From: Candidatus Latescibacterota bacterium
Lineage (GTDB): Bacteria > Latescibacterota > CBDEFO01
Length of the DNA: 64,000 nt
Direction: 5' to 3'
Assembly: GCA_965248755.1 (NCBI GenBank)
Contig: OZ252149.1
Span: forward strand, 4,128,001 to 4,192,000
Numbering within the stretch: the stretch's first letter is position 1; every line of letters begins with the position of its first letter. A program made the translations under genes and the position numbers. The notes beneath the pieces are model-generated. The model was not told the DNA's origin. It did no database searches and was given only the letters and a program-made list of their open reading frames with translations. This document shows positions 48,925 to 58,147 of this stretch, piece after piece.

Positions 48925-50151
48925 ATGGCAAGGATTAACACCAACATAGCAGCCTTAAACGCTTTAAACGCCCTTAACAAACTCAACAGGCGTTTGGACA
49001 CCCACCAGCTCAGACTCGCGACGGGAAAGAGGATCAACGCTGCTGGCGACGACGCTGCAGGGCTCTCCATAGCTAATAAGTTGAAGGTAAGGGCGGACAG
49101 TTTAGGAGTATCTCTCAACAATATAGGCGACGCTAAGAACATGATGAGCATCGCCGAAGGATACCTCCAGAGCATTAATGACATCCTGGGACAGATGAGA
49201 AACAAAGCCACCCAGGCTGCAAACGACATCCTGGGAACTGCAGAAAGGACTGCGCTTAAGAACGAGTTAAAGCAGTTGGGAGATGAGATTGACGACCAGG
49301 TGAATCAGGCTCTGTTCAACAACATCGAAATCTTGAAAACCACGACCGGCGCGTTTTCCTTCCAGGTGGGAGCTGGAACTCTCGATTCGATAACGTTCGA
49401 TCTTACATCGTCTGAGGTGGGATACACGACAGGATTCACAGCCAGTCAGCTCGATGTGGTTGTAGGCTCTGCGACTGCTTCTGTCTCCACTACCTACGAT
49501 CCCGTAGGTTTAACTGTGGCTGTGGCTACTTCCCCTACATTCATTAACTCCGGCTTAACTGAACTTTCTGAAGGGTTCTACACAGTGGAAGTGACAAGCG
49601 TAGCCGCCAACTCTGCCGGGGCAGGTACTATCACGTTCCAGGTAAGAGATTCAGCTGGCGTTATAATCTCTATCGATGGAGATGGAAGCACCGGAACAAC
49701 ATCAGACACAGATACCTCTGTAGATCTTGCTTTCACGGGATTGGACCCCGCCGTCTTTGACACGGGTGTCGGATTTACGATAGATTTTTCAGCGTTATCG
49801 TCTGCGACCTCAAATCCCACGTCCTTCGGTATCGACTACGCACCGGATGGCGGCAGCGTAGCTACCAACGCCAATGCGGCAGCTTATATCCAGAACGTCG
49901 ACGATGCCATAGAAAATGTCTCGAAGGCCTTGAGCTTCATAGGTGCAGTTACCAACAGGCTGACGTTCAAAGAAGATGCCCTGGCAGTTGCGCGGACGAA
50001 CACTGAGGCAGCCAAGAGCAGGATCCTGGATGCTGACATTGCCTTTGAGCAGTTAGAGGCCACCAAGTTGCAGATACTGCAACAGACAGCTACAGCTATG
50101 CTGGCTCAGGCAAATGCCGCCCCACAAGCAGTATTAGCATTATTCCAGTAA
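48925..50151 (+). CDS. fliC: Flagellin
   Basis: RINTNIAA, RLATGKRIN..DDAAG, SRILDAD, LAQAN..PQ.VL.L. Confidence 0.95.
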   Translation: MARINTNIAALNALNALNKLNRRLDTHQLRLATGKRINAAGDDAAGLSIANKLKVRADSLGVSLNNIGDAKNMMSIAEGYLQSINDILGQMRNKATQAANDILGTAERTALKNELKQLGDEIDDQVNQALFNNIEILKTTTGAFSFQVGAGTLDSITFDLTSSEVGYTTGFTASQLDVVVGSATASVSTTYDPVGLTVAVATSPTFINSGLTELSEGFYTVEVTSVAANSAGAGTITFQVRDSAGVIISIDGDGSTGTTSDTDTSVDLAFTGLDPAVFDTGVGFTIDFSALSSATSNPTSFGIDYAPDGGSVATNANAAAYIQNVDDAIENVSKALSFIGAVTNRLTFKEDALAVARTNTEAAKSRILDADIAFEQLEATKLQILQQTATAMLAQANAAPQAVLALFQ

Positions 50152-50196
50152 TACTTCGATACAGACTTCTAACGTCGAAGACTTCACAAGGAGGCT

Positions 50197-50541
50197 TTGA
50201 GAATGATTACTTCAGGCTTTGAAAATCAAGCTGCCGATGCGGAGGGTCTGGCGGAAAGTTCAGTTCCGACAGAGCCGTCTCAACTGGTACTCTTTCTGTA
50301 CGACCTCATTATTGCGGCCTGCAAGAAGAGGGACTCCGAAGATGCCATAGGCACCTTGATTACTCTTATAGAGTCTTTGGACTTCAAGCAGGATGAGATC
50401 TCGAACGGTCTTTTCAGGCTGTACGAATTTTGCATGAGGACGATCAAGGAGGGCGATTTTGATACGGCTTTGAGGATATTGACCGAACTGCGGGATGTTT
50501 GGGCAGAGGCCACTGCTAACATGGAGGAAGTTGTAGTTTAG
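50197..50541 (+). CDS. fliS: Flagellin chaperone FliS-like
   Basis: P.QLVLFLYD, L..SLD, LFRLYEF, LTELRDVW; directly after fliC. Confidence 0.85.
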   Translation: MRMITSGFENQAADAEGLAESSVPTEPSQLVLFLYDLIIAACKKRDSEDAIGTLITLIESLDFKQDEISNGLFRLYEFCMRTIKEGDFDTALRILTELRDVWAEATANMEEVVV

Positions 50542-50550
50542 CATGTTTTC

Positions 50551-50580
50551 GGGGAGGAAACTTTCTTCCTCCCTTCTGTT
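50551..50580 (+). terminator. Intrinsic terminator after fliS
   Basis: gggaggaa-actttc-ttcctccc followed by ttctgtt. Confidence 0.55.
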
Positions 50581-50722
50581 GAAATAGTTTCCTGGCTCTT
50601 CCAAATCGTTCAGTAGGGCTATCGTCAACTTTACCCGCTGTGTCACACGTTGATGTCAGTCAAAGTCCCCTTGACCAAAGTCGAACCACAAGCCCCCTTC
50701 TGAAGCTTTCAGAAGTTGACTG

Positions 50723-50858
50723 TTGCCCTTTGTCAGAAGTTTCAACTTTGCACGGCGGTTGTGCCGCCCACTCCATGTAGTGCAGGGCTCACTTCCGTGT
50801 GTAACCACTGCAAGCTCTATAGATAGACCCTCGCGGATGGCATTTTGACAAAGGGCAA
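50723..50858. mobile_element. Possible 136-bp MITE
   Basis: 16-bp terminal inverted repeats TTGCCCTTTGTCAGAA / TTTTGACAAAGGGCAA (1 mismatch); no clear target duplication. Confidence 0.45.
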
Positions 50859-50912
50859 TAATCCTCCCTCTACTTTTTCCACCCCAGATCTTCTGCAGCC
50901 AGCTATTCTTGC

Positions 50913-50941
50913 TTGACAACGGCTCTGAAACCCCTTATATT
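50913..50941 (+). promoter_or_regulatory. sigma70-like promoter
   Basis: TTGACA-17-TATATT. Confidence 0.65.
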
Positions 50942-51101
50942 GGCAACTGTGTTCAAGAACTTGTTCCTCATACCCAGATCAAGTAGAGAGCGTTCAGTGG
51001 ACGGGAGGATTCTTCTCTCGCCTTTCTTTGTTGTCTACTATGTGGGATCTTTATCATCACCTCCAGACCATTGTTGAACCGATCCGTGGGAAAGTCCGAC
51101 C

Positions 51102-51512
51102 TTGAAGTATTGCAGTCTACTCATCCTGATATGGCTCTGGCTTCTGTCCTGTGCACCCACAAATACCTCTGAGTACATAGCCGAGGAGTTTATGGGAAGG
51201 TACTACGTACAGATAAACCAGGCTTATGCCCTTGAGATCACGTCAGGTTTTGCAAGGGAAAAGTTGATAGAGGAGCTGGATTTAGTTCGGTCTGTTCGAG
51301 AAGCGGGTGCCGATCCGCTTGAATCCCGACCTCACATAGAATACGAGCTTACAACGGTCAAAAAGCTCAGTGAGGATAACATTATGTTCATATACAAGCT
51401 TATAATTCAAAGCGGTGTGGAAAAGCCCTTAGCCCAAAGCGTCTTGATAAACACAAGCCTGATCGACGACCGATGGAAGGTAGTAGATTACAGGAACTTT
51501 AGCGGAGAATAG
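51102..51512 (+). CDS. Putative lipoprotein
   Basis: Hydrophobic signal ending in LLSC lipobox; 136 aa. Confidence 0.7.
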   Translation: MKYCSLLILIWLWLLSCAPTNTSEYIAEEFMGRYYVQINQAYALEITSGFAREKLIEELDLVRSVREAGADPLESRPHIEYELTTVKKLSEDNIMFIYKLIIQSGVEKPLAQSVLINTSLIDDRWKVVDYRNFSGE

Positions 51513-51518
51513 TCAGAA

Positions 51519-51764
51519 TCACTCGTTGCTATCTGAGTACTTTGTAAGCTCATTGTTCCTGAGGCTATGACTTGCTCTTAAAGAGTCCTCAACAGTTGTT
51601 GCCGTTGTCCTTTCCACATGAGAAGAGGGAGAATTGGCCTGTCTTCTCTCCGCAAGCCTTTCTTCCAGGGAATTCTTCAACATATCCCCGATAATAAGGA
51701 GCAGGCCTACCATAACCAGGTCGATGATGATGACAATTAGATGCGTCTTCTTAAGGAATTTCAT
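51519..51764 (-). CDS. Small single-TM hypothetical protein
   Basis: N-terminal TM; follows the MBL gene on the same strand. Confidence 0.55.
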   Translation of the reverse strand: MKFLKKTHLIVIIIDLVMVGLLLIIGDMLKNSLEERLAERRQANSPSSHVERTTATTVEDSLRASHSLRNNELTKYSDSNE

Positions 51765-51794
51765 TGTCCTGGAACTATATCAGTAACGTTTCCG

Positions 51795-52412
51795 TCAGAA
51801 AAACGGATTGAATGCCTTCTCCTGACCTATCGTGGTCGCCGGACCGTGTCCCGGATAGACCAGGGTATCGTCATCCAGCGTAAGGAGCGTAGAGGCCACT
51901 GAATCTACGAGAGTTTGGTACGATCCCCCTTTTAGGTCTGTCCTCCCGATTGAACCGGCAAAGAGGGCATCTCCACTGAAGACTAACCCGGGGGTATGAA
52001 GAGATACCCCTCCTGGAGAGTGCCCCGGCGTGTGGAGAACCCTTAAAGTTTCATCCCCGAAGGATATGTCATCGCCTTCTGTGATGAAGCGATCTATCCG
52101 GGGTGGGGCATCTGCATGGATGCCGAACAATGCGGCTTGATCTGATAGATTCTCCACTAAAAACATATCTGCTTTGTGTATAAGCGTAGGGACCTTCAAG
52201 GCATCCTGGAGGCCCTTTGCTCCTCCTATGTGATCAAAGTGCCCGTGTGTGTTGATGATGTGCTTCACGTTTACGTCTTCTTTCTCAATCAGATCCAATA
52301 TATCGGGCACGCTCCCGCCGGGATCTATCACGGCACCCTCTTTTGTTCTGTTACAGTATATCACATAGCAGTTGACTTCTAGAGGGGCAACCAAAAGAGA
52401 TTTAACTATCAT
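51795..52412 (-). CDS. MBL-fold metallo-hydrolase (glyoxalase II/YcbL-like)
   Basis: THGHFDH, HTPGHSPG, GDALF, GRTD, PGHG. Confidence 0.92.
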   Translation of the reverse strand: MIVKSLLVAPLEVNCYVIYCNRTKEGAVIDPGGSVPDILDLIEKEDVNVKHIINTHGHFDHIGGAKGLQDALKVPTLIHKADMFLVENLSDQAALFGIHADAPPRIDRFITEGDDISFGDETLRVLHTPGHSPGGVSLHTPGLVFSGDALFAGSIGRTDLKGGSYQTLVDSVASTLLTLDDDTLVYPGHGPATTIGQEKAFNPFF

Positions 52413-52694
52413 TAGTTAAGAATTGATCTGAATCAGAGGCCCGGCCGCTTTGCCCCACGTGCGTATTCGCAGGGGCAGAGTGATGCGGCTCTTGGGGCGA
52501 GTGGTCTCCGATTGAATCTATCGGGGATGGCCCCTACATTTAATTTCAGGTTGTAAGGGCAAGAAGGTCGTCCCAAGAAGGTACTCCAATGTGTGACAGA
52601 TTCTTGAGAAGAGCAACCTTTCCGAATCACAACTGAACAACTGTCTAGCGCTCTCATTTCATTTGGCATTCAACCTCTACTACCTACTGTCCAC

Positions 52695-53738
52695 TTACTC
52701 TGGCATTAAACTGAAATCGCCTTCGTGGCAGGTCTCGATAAATGCAGCCAGAAGGTCTATACTCGCCTCAATATCGTCTTTGCTGCACATTTCTATTGTA
52801 GAATGGACGTAACGCGTGGGAACCGATATGCATCCGACTGCCGCGCCCAAACCGTATCTTTGAATCGCTGCTGTGTCAGTCCCCCCGCGAAGGAGTATCT
52901 CCATCTGATACGGTATGCTGCGCTTTTCCGCAAGGTCCCGCAGGAAATCTACTACTCTGCTATTACATACAACGCTGGAATCCAGAATCTTGATCGCTGT
53001 TCCCACCCCCAACTTGGTCACAGATTCAAAAGCCTTAGCATCTGGCACATCGTTGGCAAGTGTCACGTCCAAACCCATGCCGATTTCGGGCTTTATGCTC
53101 TGTGCTGCTACCTGCGCCCCTCTGAGTCCCACCTCCTCCTGTGTCGAAGCGACGGCGTAGACCTCAACACTATGGGACTTTATCTTCTTGAGTGCTTCTA
53201 TCATGACAAAGACACTTATCCTGTTGTCGAAGGATTTGCAGTTGACGTTGTTGCCCATCTCCACAAAATCGCGCTCACGGGTCACAGGATCTCCGATTCG
53301 TATGACCTTATCGACCTCCTCTTTGGGGAGTCCCACGTCTATGAAATAGTCCTCCAGCTTGGGGGGTTTCTGCCGCTCTTCCTCCGACATAATGTGAATG
53401 GGCTTTGTCCCCATCACGCCGATGACATCTTCCCTTCCGTGCACTATTACCCTCTGAGCCGTGAGGGTCTTGGGGTCGAAGCCGCCCAGAGGCACCGCCC
53501 TTATGAAGCCTTCGTCGTCAATGTGATTAACCATGAAGCCTATTTCGTCTATGTGGGCGGCCATCATAAACTTCTTGTCCTCCTTCCCCCATTTGATACC
53601 TATAATATTCCCCAATGCGTCCACGCTGAACTCATCCACGAGGGGCTTCATCTGGGCTGCTACGATCTTTCTGATCCTATCCTCGTAGCCCGGAACACCA
53701 GGCGTTTCACACAATAGCTTCAATAACTCGATATTCAT
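52695..53738 (-). CDS. M42 family metallopeptidase
   Basis: AAHIDEIG, FDNR, QEEVGLRGA, GGTD, RYVHS. Confidence 0.92.
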   Translation of the reverse strand: MNIELLKLLCETPGVPGYEDRIRKIVAAQMKPLVDEFSVDALGNIIGIKWGKEDKKFMMAAHIDEIGFMVNHIDDEGFIRAVPLGGFDPKTLTAQRVIVHGREDVIGVMGTKPIHIMSEEERQKPPKLEDYFIDVGLPKEEVDKVIRIGDPVTRERDFVEMGNNVNCKSFDNRISVFVMIEALKKIKSHSVEVYAVASTQEEVGLRGAQVAAQSIKPEIGMGLDVTLANDVPDAKAFESVTKLGVGTAIKILDSSVVCNSRVVDFLRDLAEKRSIPYQMEILLRGGTDTAAIQRYGLGAAVGCISVPTRYVHSTIEMCSKDDIEASIDLLAAFIETCHEGDFSLMPE

Positions 53739-53760
53739 CTTCTGTTGTTATCTCCGGCGC

Positions 53761-54843
53761 TCACATCTTCAGACAGACAGGTGTCGGGACTTCGGCTACG
53801 TTACCCGTGCCCATAAGCCCTCCGGTCTCTGGATCAATTCGAAACGTCACAACGTTGTCAGTATCCTGATTGGCGGCCAACAGGAGGGTGCCGGTCGGAT
53901 CGATGGCAAAGTTGCGCGGATTCTTGCCCTGTGTCGGCTCGCAGTCTACATAAGTGAGCCTACCTGTATCCTCGTCGATAGAATAGATCACAATGCTGTC
54001 ATGACCCCGATTGGAGCCATAGAGAAAGTTCCCAGATGGGGAGACGTGCACGTCCGCAGGGTAGTTTGTGCCTTCAAAATCCTCAGGAAGGGTGGAAAGC
54101 GACTGAATTTCCTTGAGCGTCCCGTTCGTGTCATCATAAGTAAATGCGCTCATTGTGCTGTCGAGCTCATTAATTACATAGGCGTATCTGAGGCTGGGAT
54201 GAAAAGCGAAATGGCGCGGTCCAGCCCCCGCATGAACCTGAGCCCAGGGCTCATCGTTAGGCCTTAACTTCCCCTGAGTCAAATCGAGCTGGTAAATCAT
54301 GATCTTGTCGAGTCCAAGATCTGCCGCAAAGGCGTAGCGATTGGCTGGATCCAGGGTGATAGAATGGGCGTGAGGGCTTCCCTGCCGTCCTGGATTGACA
54401 CTTGAACCTTCGTGCGAAACCAAATCGGTGGCTTCTCCCAACTGCCCGTCTGCCAGTATGGGGAGGACGCAGAGACTGCCGCCCAAATAGTTCGCCACCA
54501 GGAGATATTTACGCTGCTGATCTACACTCAGGTGACAGGGAAGACCTCCATGCGAGGGCTGCTGATTTAAATAGGTCAGTTTCCCTGTTGCCGTGTCGAT
54601 GGAGAAGGCGCTGACAGCGCCGCTCGGCTTGCCGGCAAACTCCGTAGCTTCGTTAACCGCATAGAGATACCGTCGTTGGGGATCAAAGTCCAGATAAGAG
54701 GGGTTGTCCACTCCTGCAGCCATGCTGGAGAATTCCAGGGCACCGGAGGCTGGATCCATGCGATAGACATAGATCCCTTGGCTCTTGCCACCTGTGTAGG
54801 TGCCAATATAGACAAGGATCTCTTCATTATCCCTTTTTATCAT
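53761..54843 (-). CDS. pgl: 6-phosphogluconolactonase-like 7-bladed lactonase
   Basis: YIGTYT, ANY, PHAH, DLGLD, GPRH, SNRGHDS, PRNF. Confidence 0.85.
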   Translation of the reverse strand: MIKRDNEEILVYIGTYTGGKSQGIYVYRMDPASGALEFSSMAAGVDNPSYLDFDPQRRYLYAVNEATEFAGKPSGAVSAFSIDTATGKLTYLNQQPSHGGLPCHLSVDQQRKYLLVANYLGGSLCVLPILADGQLGEATDLVSHEGSSVNPGRQGSPHAHSITLDPANRYAFAADLGLDKIMIYQLDLTQGKLRPNDEPWAQVHAGAGPRHFAFHPSLRYAYVINELDSTMSAFTYDDTNGTLKEIQSLSTLPEDFEGTNYPADVHVSPSGNFLYGSNRGHDSIVIYSIDEDTGRLTYVDCEPTQGKNPRNFAIDPTGTLLLAANQDTDNVVTFRIDPETGGLMGTGNVAEVPTPVCLKM

Positions 54844-54980
54844 AGTCCGGTCACTCCCCGTTTTATGAATAGACAGCAGACGGGGGGGATGCCCTGTCTG
54901 CCTCTGCCCCCGATCCCCGACGTCCCCCCGATAGGTTCAATCGGGGGGAGAATCAATCAGGGGCCATCAGGCGTTACTGT

Positions 54981-55271
54981 CTAGGTGGGTAGGGGGAGAA
55001 GAGGCGGTGCCCCCCCACCTATTGCTGGAAGGAAATGTACTTCGCTGGTGTCACTTACGGTCTGAAGCAACCCCAGGCGCGAGACCTGACCGTCAACGAT
55101 CACCGCAATGTTCGGCCTTATTCTACCTTCTTCACTCAGTCGGTCTTTAAGCCCGGGGTAGGTGGCCTCCAGGTTGTCCACCACCCGCCGAATTGTGGAG
55201 CCCTCTACTTTCACCTTCTCCTGGCCGTCGGTAAGGTCCTGCATCAAGGAGGGGATCCATACAACCGGCAT
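54981..55271 (-). CDS. MoaD/ThiS family sulfur carrier with a C-terminal extension
   Basis: V.IP, LEATYPG, VHFLPAIGGG followed by APPLLPLPT. Confidence 0.85.
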   Translation of the reverse strand: MPVVWIPSLMQDLTDGQEKVKVEGSTIRRVVDNLEATYPGLKDRLSEEGRIRPNIAVIVDGQVSRLGLLQTVSDTSEVHFLPAIGGGAPPLLPLPT

Positions 55272-55276
55272 AGAGA

Positions 55277-57586
55277 CTACCCTTTCTCCCAGAGTGCTTC
55301 CAGGACGCGACCGGGGGACGCCGGCAGTAGCCTCATTCGAACGCCGACCGCACGATAGATAGCGTTTGCTATGGCGGCCGGAGGAGGAACTATAGGCACC
55401 TCGCCGACGCCTCGCACCCCGAAGGGATGGCCCGGATTTGGCACTTCGACTATCAGCGTGTCTATCATAGGCAGATCCAGACTCGTGGGCATTCGGTAAT
55501 CCAGAAGACTCGCGTTCAGCATGTGTCCCTTATCGTCGTACATGTACTCTTCGTTCAGAGCCCATCCGATGCCCTGGACCGATCCGCCCTGCATCTGGCC
55601 TTCCACATAGCTTGGATGTATCGCCTTTCCGGCGTCCTGCACGGCGGTGTAGCGCAGAATCTGGGTCTTACCGGTCTCCGGGTCGACCTCCACATCCACT
55701 ATGTGGGTCGCAAACGCTCCGCCAACTCCCGTAGGATCTACCGAGGCACGCCCCGCGACGGGGCCGCCGGTCTCATTCAGCTTTCCGGATAGTTCCTTAA
55801 AAGTGATGGTCTTGGACGGATCGCCTACAGACCGAAATGCGCCGTCCTCAAATTCTACCTCCTCCGAGGAGACCTCCCAGAGCTTGGCGGCGCGTTCGAT
55901 TAGCTGCCGTTTGATGTCCTCGCCCGCCTCTATACAAGCCCATCCGGTGGCGAACGTCACACGACTACCTCCGGTGACCTCCGTGAATCCGACAGAATCC
56001 GTGTCCCCGACTATCGGGTGGACGTCCTCTGCGGGAATGCCTAACACTTCTGCCAGCTGCATAGCCGCAGATGCCCGTGTGCCGCCGATGTCTGAGGATC
56101 CTTCTACGAGGCTCACCGTCCCGTCAGGGTTCACGCTGGCCGAGGCCGATGACTGAAGTCCGACGTTGAACCAGAAGCCCGAAGCGACGCCTCTGCCTCT
56201 GTATGGCCCTTCAAGTGGCGCCGAATAGTGTTCGTGATTCAGAGCTGCCTCGTTGGTCTCTATGCAGCCGATGCGGGGGAATACGGGTCCATCGGCGCGG
56301 CGGGTGCCCTCTTTGGCGGCGTTTTTGATGCGAAACTCGAGAGGGTCTATTGAGAGTTCCTCACATATTTCATCTACCACCGTCTCTGTGGCAAAGGCTG
56401 CGCTGGTGGCGCCGGGTGCCCTGTAGGCGGAGGTCTTGGGTTTGTTCACCACAACGTCGAATCCGTCGATCACGACGTTGTCTATCTCGTAGGGGGCAAA
56501 GACGCACATAGCGCCTGCACCCACCGGAGAACCGGGATATGCCCCAGCTTCGTAGGCAAGGTAGGCCTGTGCAGCGGTGATCTGTCCTGCTTTCGTCGCT
56601 CCGATCTTCATCTTCATGTAGGTGGCGGGTGTAGGACCTGTGCCCTGGAAGACCTCGTCCCGGTTCATCACGATCTTGACAGGGTGTCCTGTCTTGCGGG
56701 AAAGGAGGGCAGCTACAGGCTTTATATAGACCTGAATTTTTCCTCCGAAACCGCCGCCGATCTCGGCTGGTATTACCTTAATGTTCGAGATGGGCATCTG
56801 CAGGAGTTCTGACAACTGATGACGCACGGTGAACGCCCCTTGAGTGCTGCACCAGACGGTCAGGTGGCCACTGTCTTGGCTTCCTACCTCCCCGTCAAAG
56901 CGGCCACTCTGCCGGTCGGGCTTCCAGAGGGCTGTTACGTTGTGCGGCTCGATGTAGCCCTGATGCACTGTAGCTGTGTTAAATTCGCGCTCGATCACTA
57001 CATCCGCCTCTTTGAACCCCTTTTCAATATCCCCCATCTTGAATTGAAAGTGCTCGGCTATATTGCTCTGCACGTCCGTCTTTTCGCCCAGGGACTTCGT
57101 AGTCAGAGTATCGTGCAACAGAGGAGCGTCGTCCTCCATCGCCTTTCGCACGTCCATCACAGGCGGCAGGACCTCATAGTCTACGTCTATTAAGGATAAC
57201 GCCTCTTCGGCCACATGTGCATTGACAGCCGCCACGGCGGCCACCGCATGTCCCTTGTAGAGCACCTTTTCTCCAGCAAGGACATTGTTGCCCAGAAACT
57301 TCAGATTCACGGCGCCTTCACCCAAATCAGCGATCTTGTCAGCCAGCTCAGGAAGATCCTTGGATGTCACCACAGCCTTCACGCCATCAAGTTTAAGTGC
57401 CCGACTGGTATCAATCGAACGAATGCCTGCGTGGGCATGAGGACTCCTCAACACCTTTCCGTGCAGGGTCCCTGCCATGTAGACGTCCGCTCCATATATC
57501 GCCCTTCCGGTCACCTTGTCCGTGCCATCGTGTCGGATCGGACGGGTGCCGATAACCTTATAGTCGTTCTTAACCCCTGTTGCCAT
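55277..57586 (-). CDS. Xanthine dehydrogenase family molybdopterin-binding subunit
   Basis: KVTGRA.Y, RSPHAHA, STQG, IGGGFGGK, AYRAPG, VEGQMQGG, GVGE. Confidence 0.93.
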   Translation of the reverse strand: MATGVKNDYKVIGTRPIRHDGTDKVTGRAIYGADVYMAGTLHGKVLRSPHAHAGIRSIDTSRALKLDGVKAVVTSKDLPELADKIADLGEGAVNLKFLGNNVLAGEKVLYKGHAVAAVAAVNAHVAEEALSLIDVDYEVLPPVMDVRKAMEDDAPLLHDTLTTKSLGEKTDVQSNIAEHFQFKMGDIEKGFKEADVVIEREFNTATVHQGYIEPHNVTALWKPDRQSGRFDGEVGSQDSGHLTVWCSTQGAFTVRHQLSELLQMPISNIKVIPAEIGGGFGGKIQVYIKPVAALLSRKTGHPVKIVMNRDEVFQGTGPTPATYMKMKIGATKAGQITAAQAYLAYEAGAYPGSPVGAGAMCVFAPYEIDNVVIDGFDVVVNKPKTSAYRAPGATSAAFATETVVDEICEELSIDPLEFRIKNAAKEGTRRADGPVFPRIGCIETNEAALNHEHYSAPLEGPYRGRGVASGFWFNVGLQSSASASVNPDGTVSLVEGSSDIGGTRASAAMQLAEVLGIPAEDVHPIVGDTDSVGFTEVTGGSRVTFATGWACIEAGEDIKRQLIERAAKLWEVSSEEVEFEDGAFRSVGDPSKTITFKELSGKLNETGGPVAGRASVDPTGVGGAFATHIVDVEVDPETGKTQILRYTAVQDAGKAIHPSYVEGQMQGGSVQGIGWALNEEYMYDDKGHMLNASLLDYRMPTSLDLPMIDTLIVEVPNPGHPFGVRGVGEVPIVPPPAAIANAIYRAVGVRMRLLPASPGRVLEALWEKG

Positions 57587-58068
57587 TATTCTCTCCCGTC
57601 TGTTGATTGAGCCACATCCAGGACGGCTCTGATGATTTTATCGTAGCCTGTGCACCGACAGAGATTACCGGCTAACCAGTACCGAGCCTGATGTTCTGTA
57701 GGCTTGGGTATTTTATCTAAAAGGGCCTTTGCCGCTACGATGAATCCCGGGGTGCATACCCCGCATTGGAGGGCGGCGTGCTCCAGGAACTTCTGCTGGA
57801 TCGGATGGAGCCCTCTTTCATCTGCGATTCCCTCTATTGTGGTCATCTCTTTACCTTCTACCTCCACACCTAAAACCATGCAGGAATTCACCAATCGTCC
57901 GTCCAGGATGACGTTGCACGCCCCACAATTTCCGTTATTGCAGCCCTCCTTGGTGCCCGTCAGAAAGAGTTCGTCCCTTAAGACTTCCAGGAGACTTTGA
58001 CGAGGTTCAGAGAGGAACTCGACCTCTTCGCCGTTGATCTTGGTTTGCACATGAACTTTTCTACTCAT
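57586..58068 (-). CDS. XDH-family [2Fe-2S] subunit
   Basis: GTKEGCNNGNCGAC, QCGVCTPG, NLCRCTGY. Confidence 0.95.
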   Translation of the reverse strand: MSRKVHVQTKINGEEVEFLSEPRQSLLEVLRDELFLTGTKEGCNNGNCGACNVILDGRLVNSCMVLGVEVEGKEMTTIEGIADERGLHPIQQKFLEHAALQCGVCTPGFIVAAKALLDKIPKPTEHQARYWLAGNLCRCTGYDKIIRAVLDVAQSTDGRE

Positions 58069-58147
58069 TTAACGAGCCTCCTTACAGATTAATAGACAGT
58101 AGGTCAGGAATTCGTGTTCAGCGGCATAACAGACGATAATGTCTGTT

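Noticed and set aside
50946..51032. 6S RNA, SRP RNA or tRNA
   Set aside because: Too short for 6S, lacks the SRP domain IV motif and has no cloverleaf; kept only as an unknown candidate
52725..53717. Long antisense ORFs (330 aa here; also 22372..23142, 28120..28875 and others)
   Set aside because: They shadow well-supported genes on the opposite strand and have no recognisable motifs
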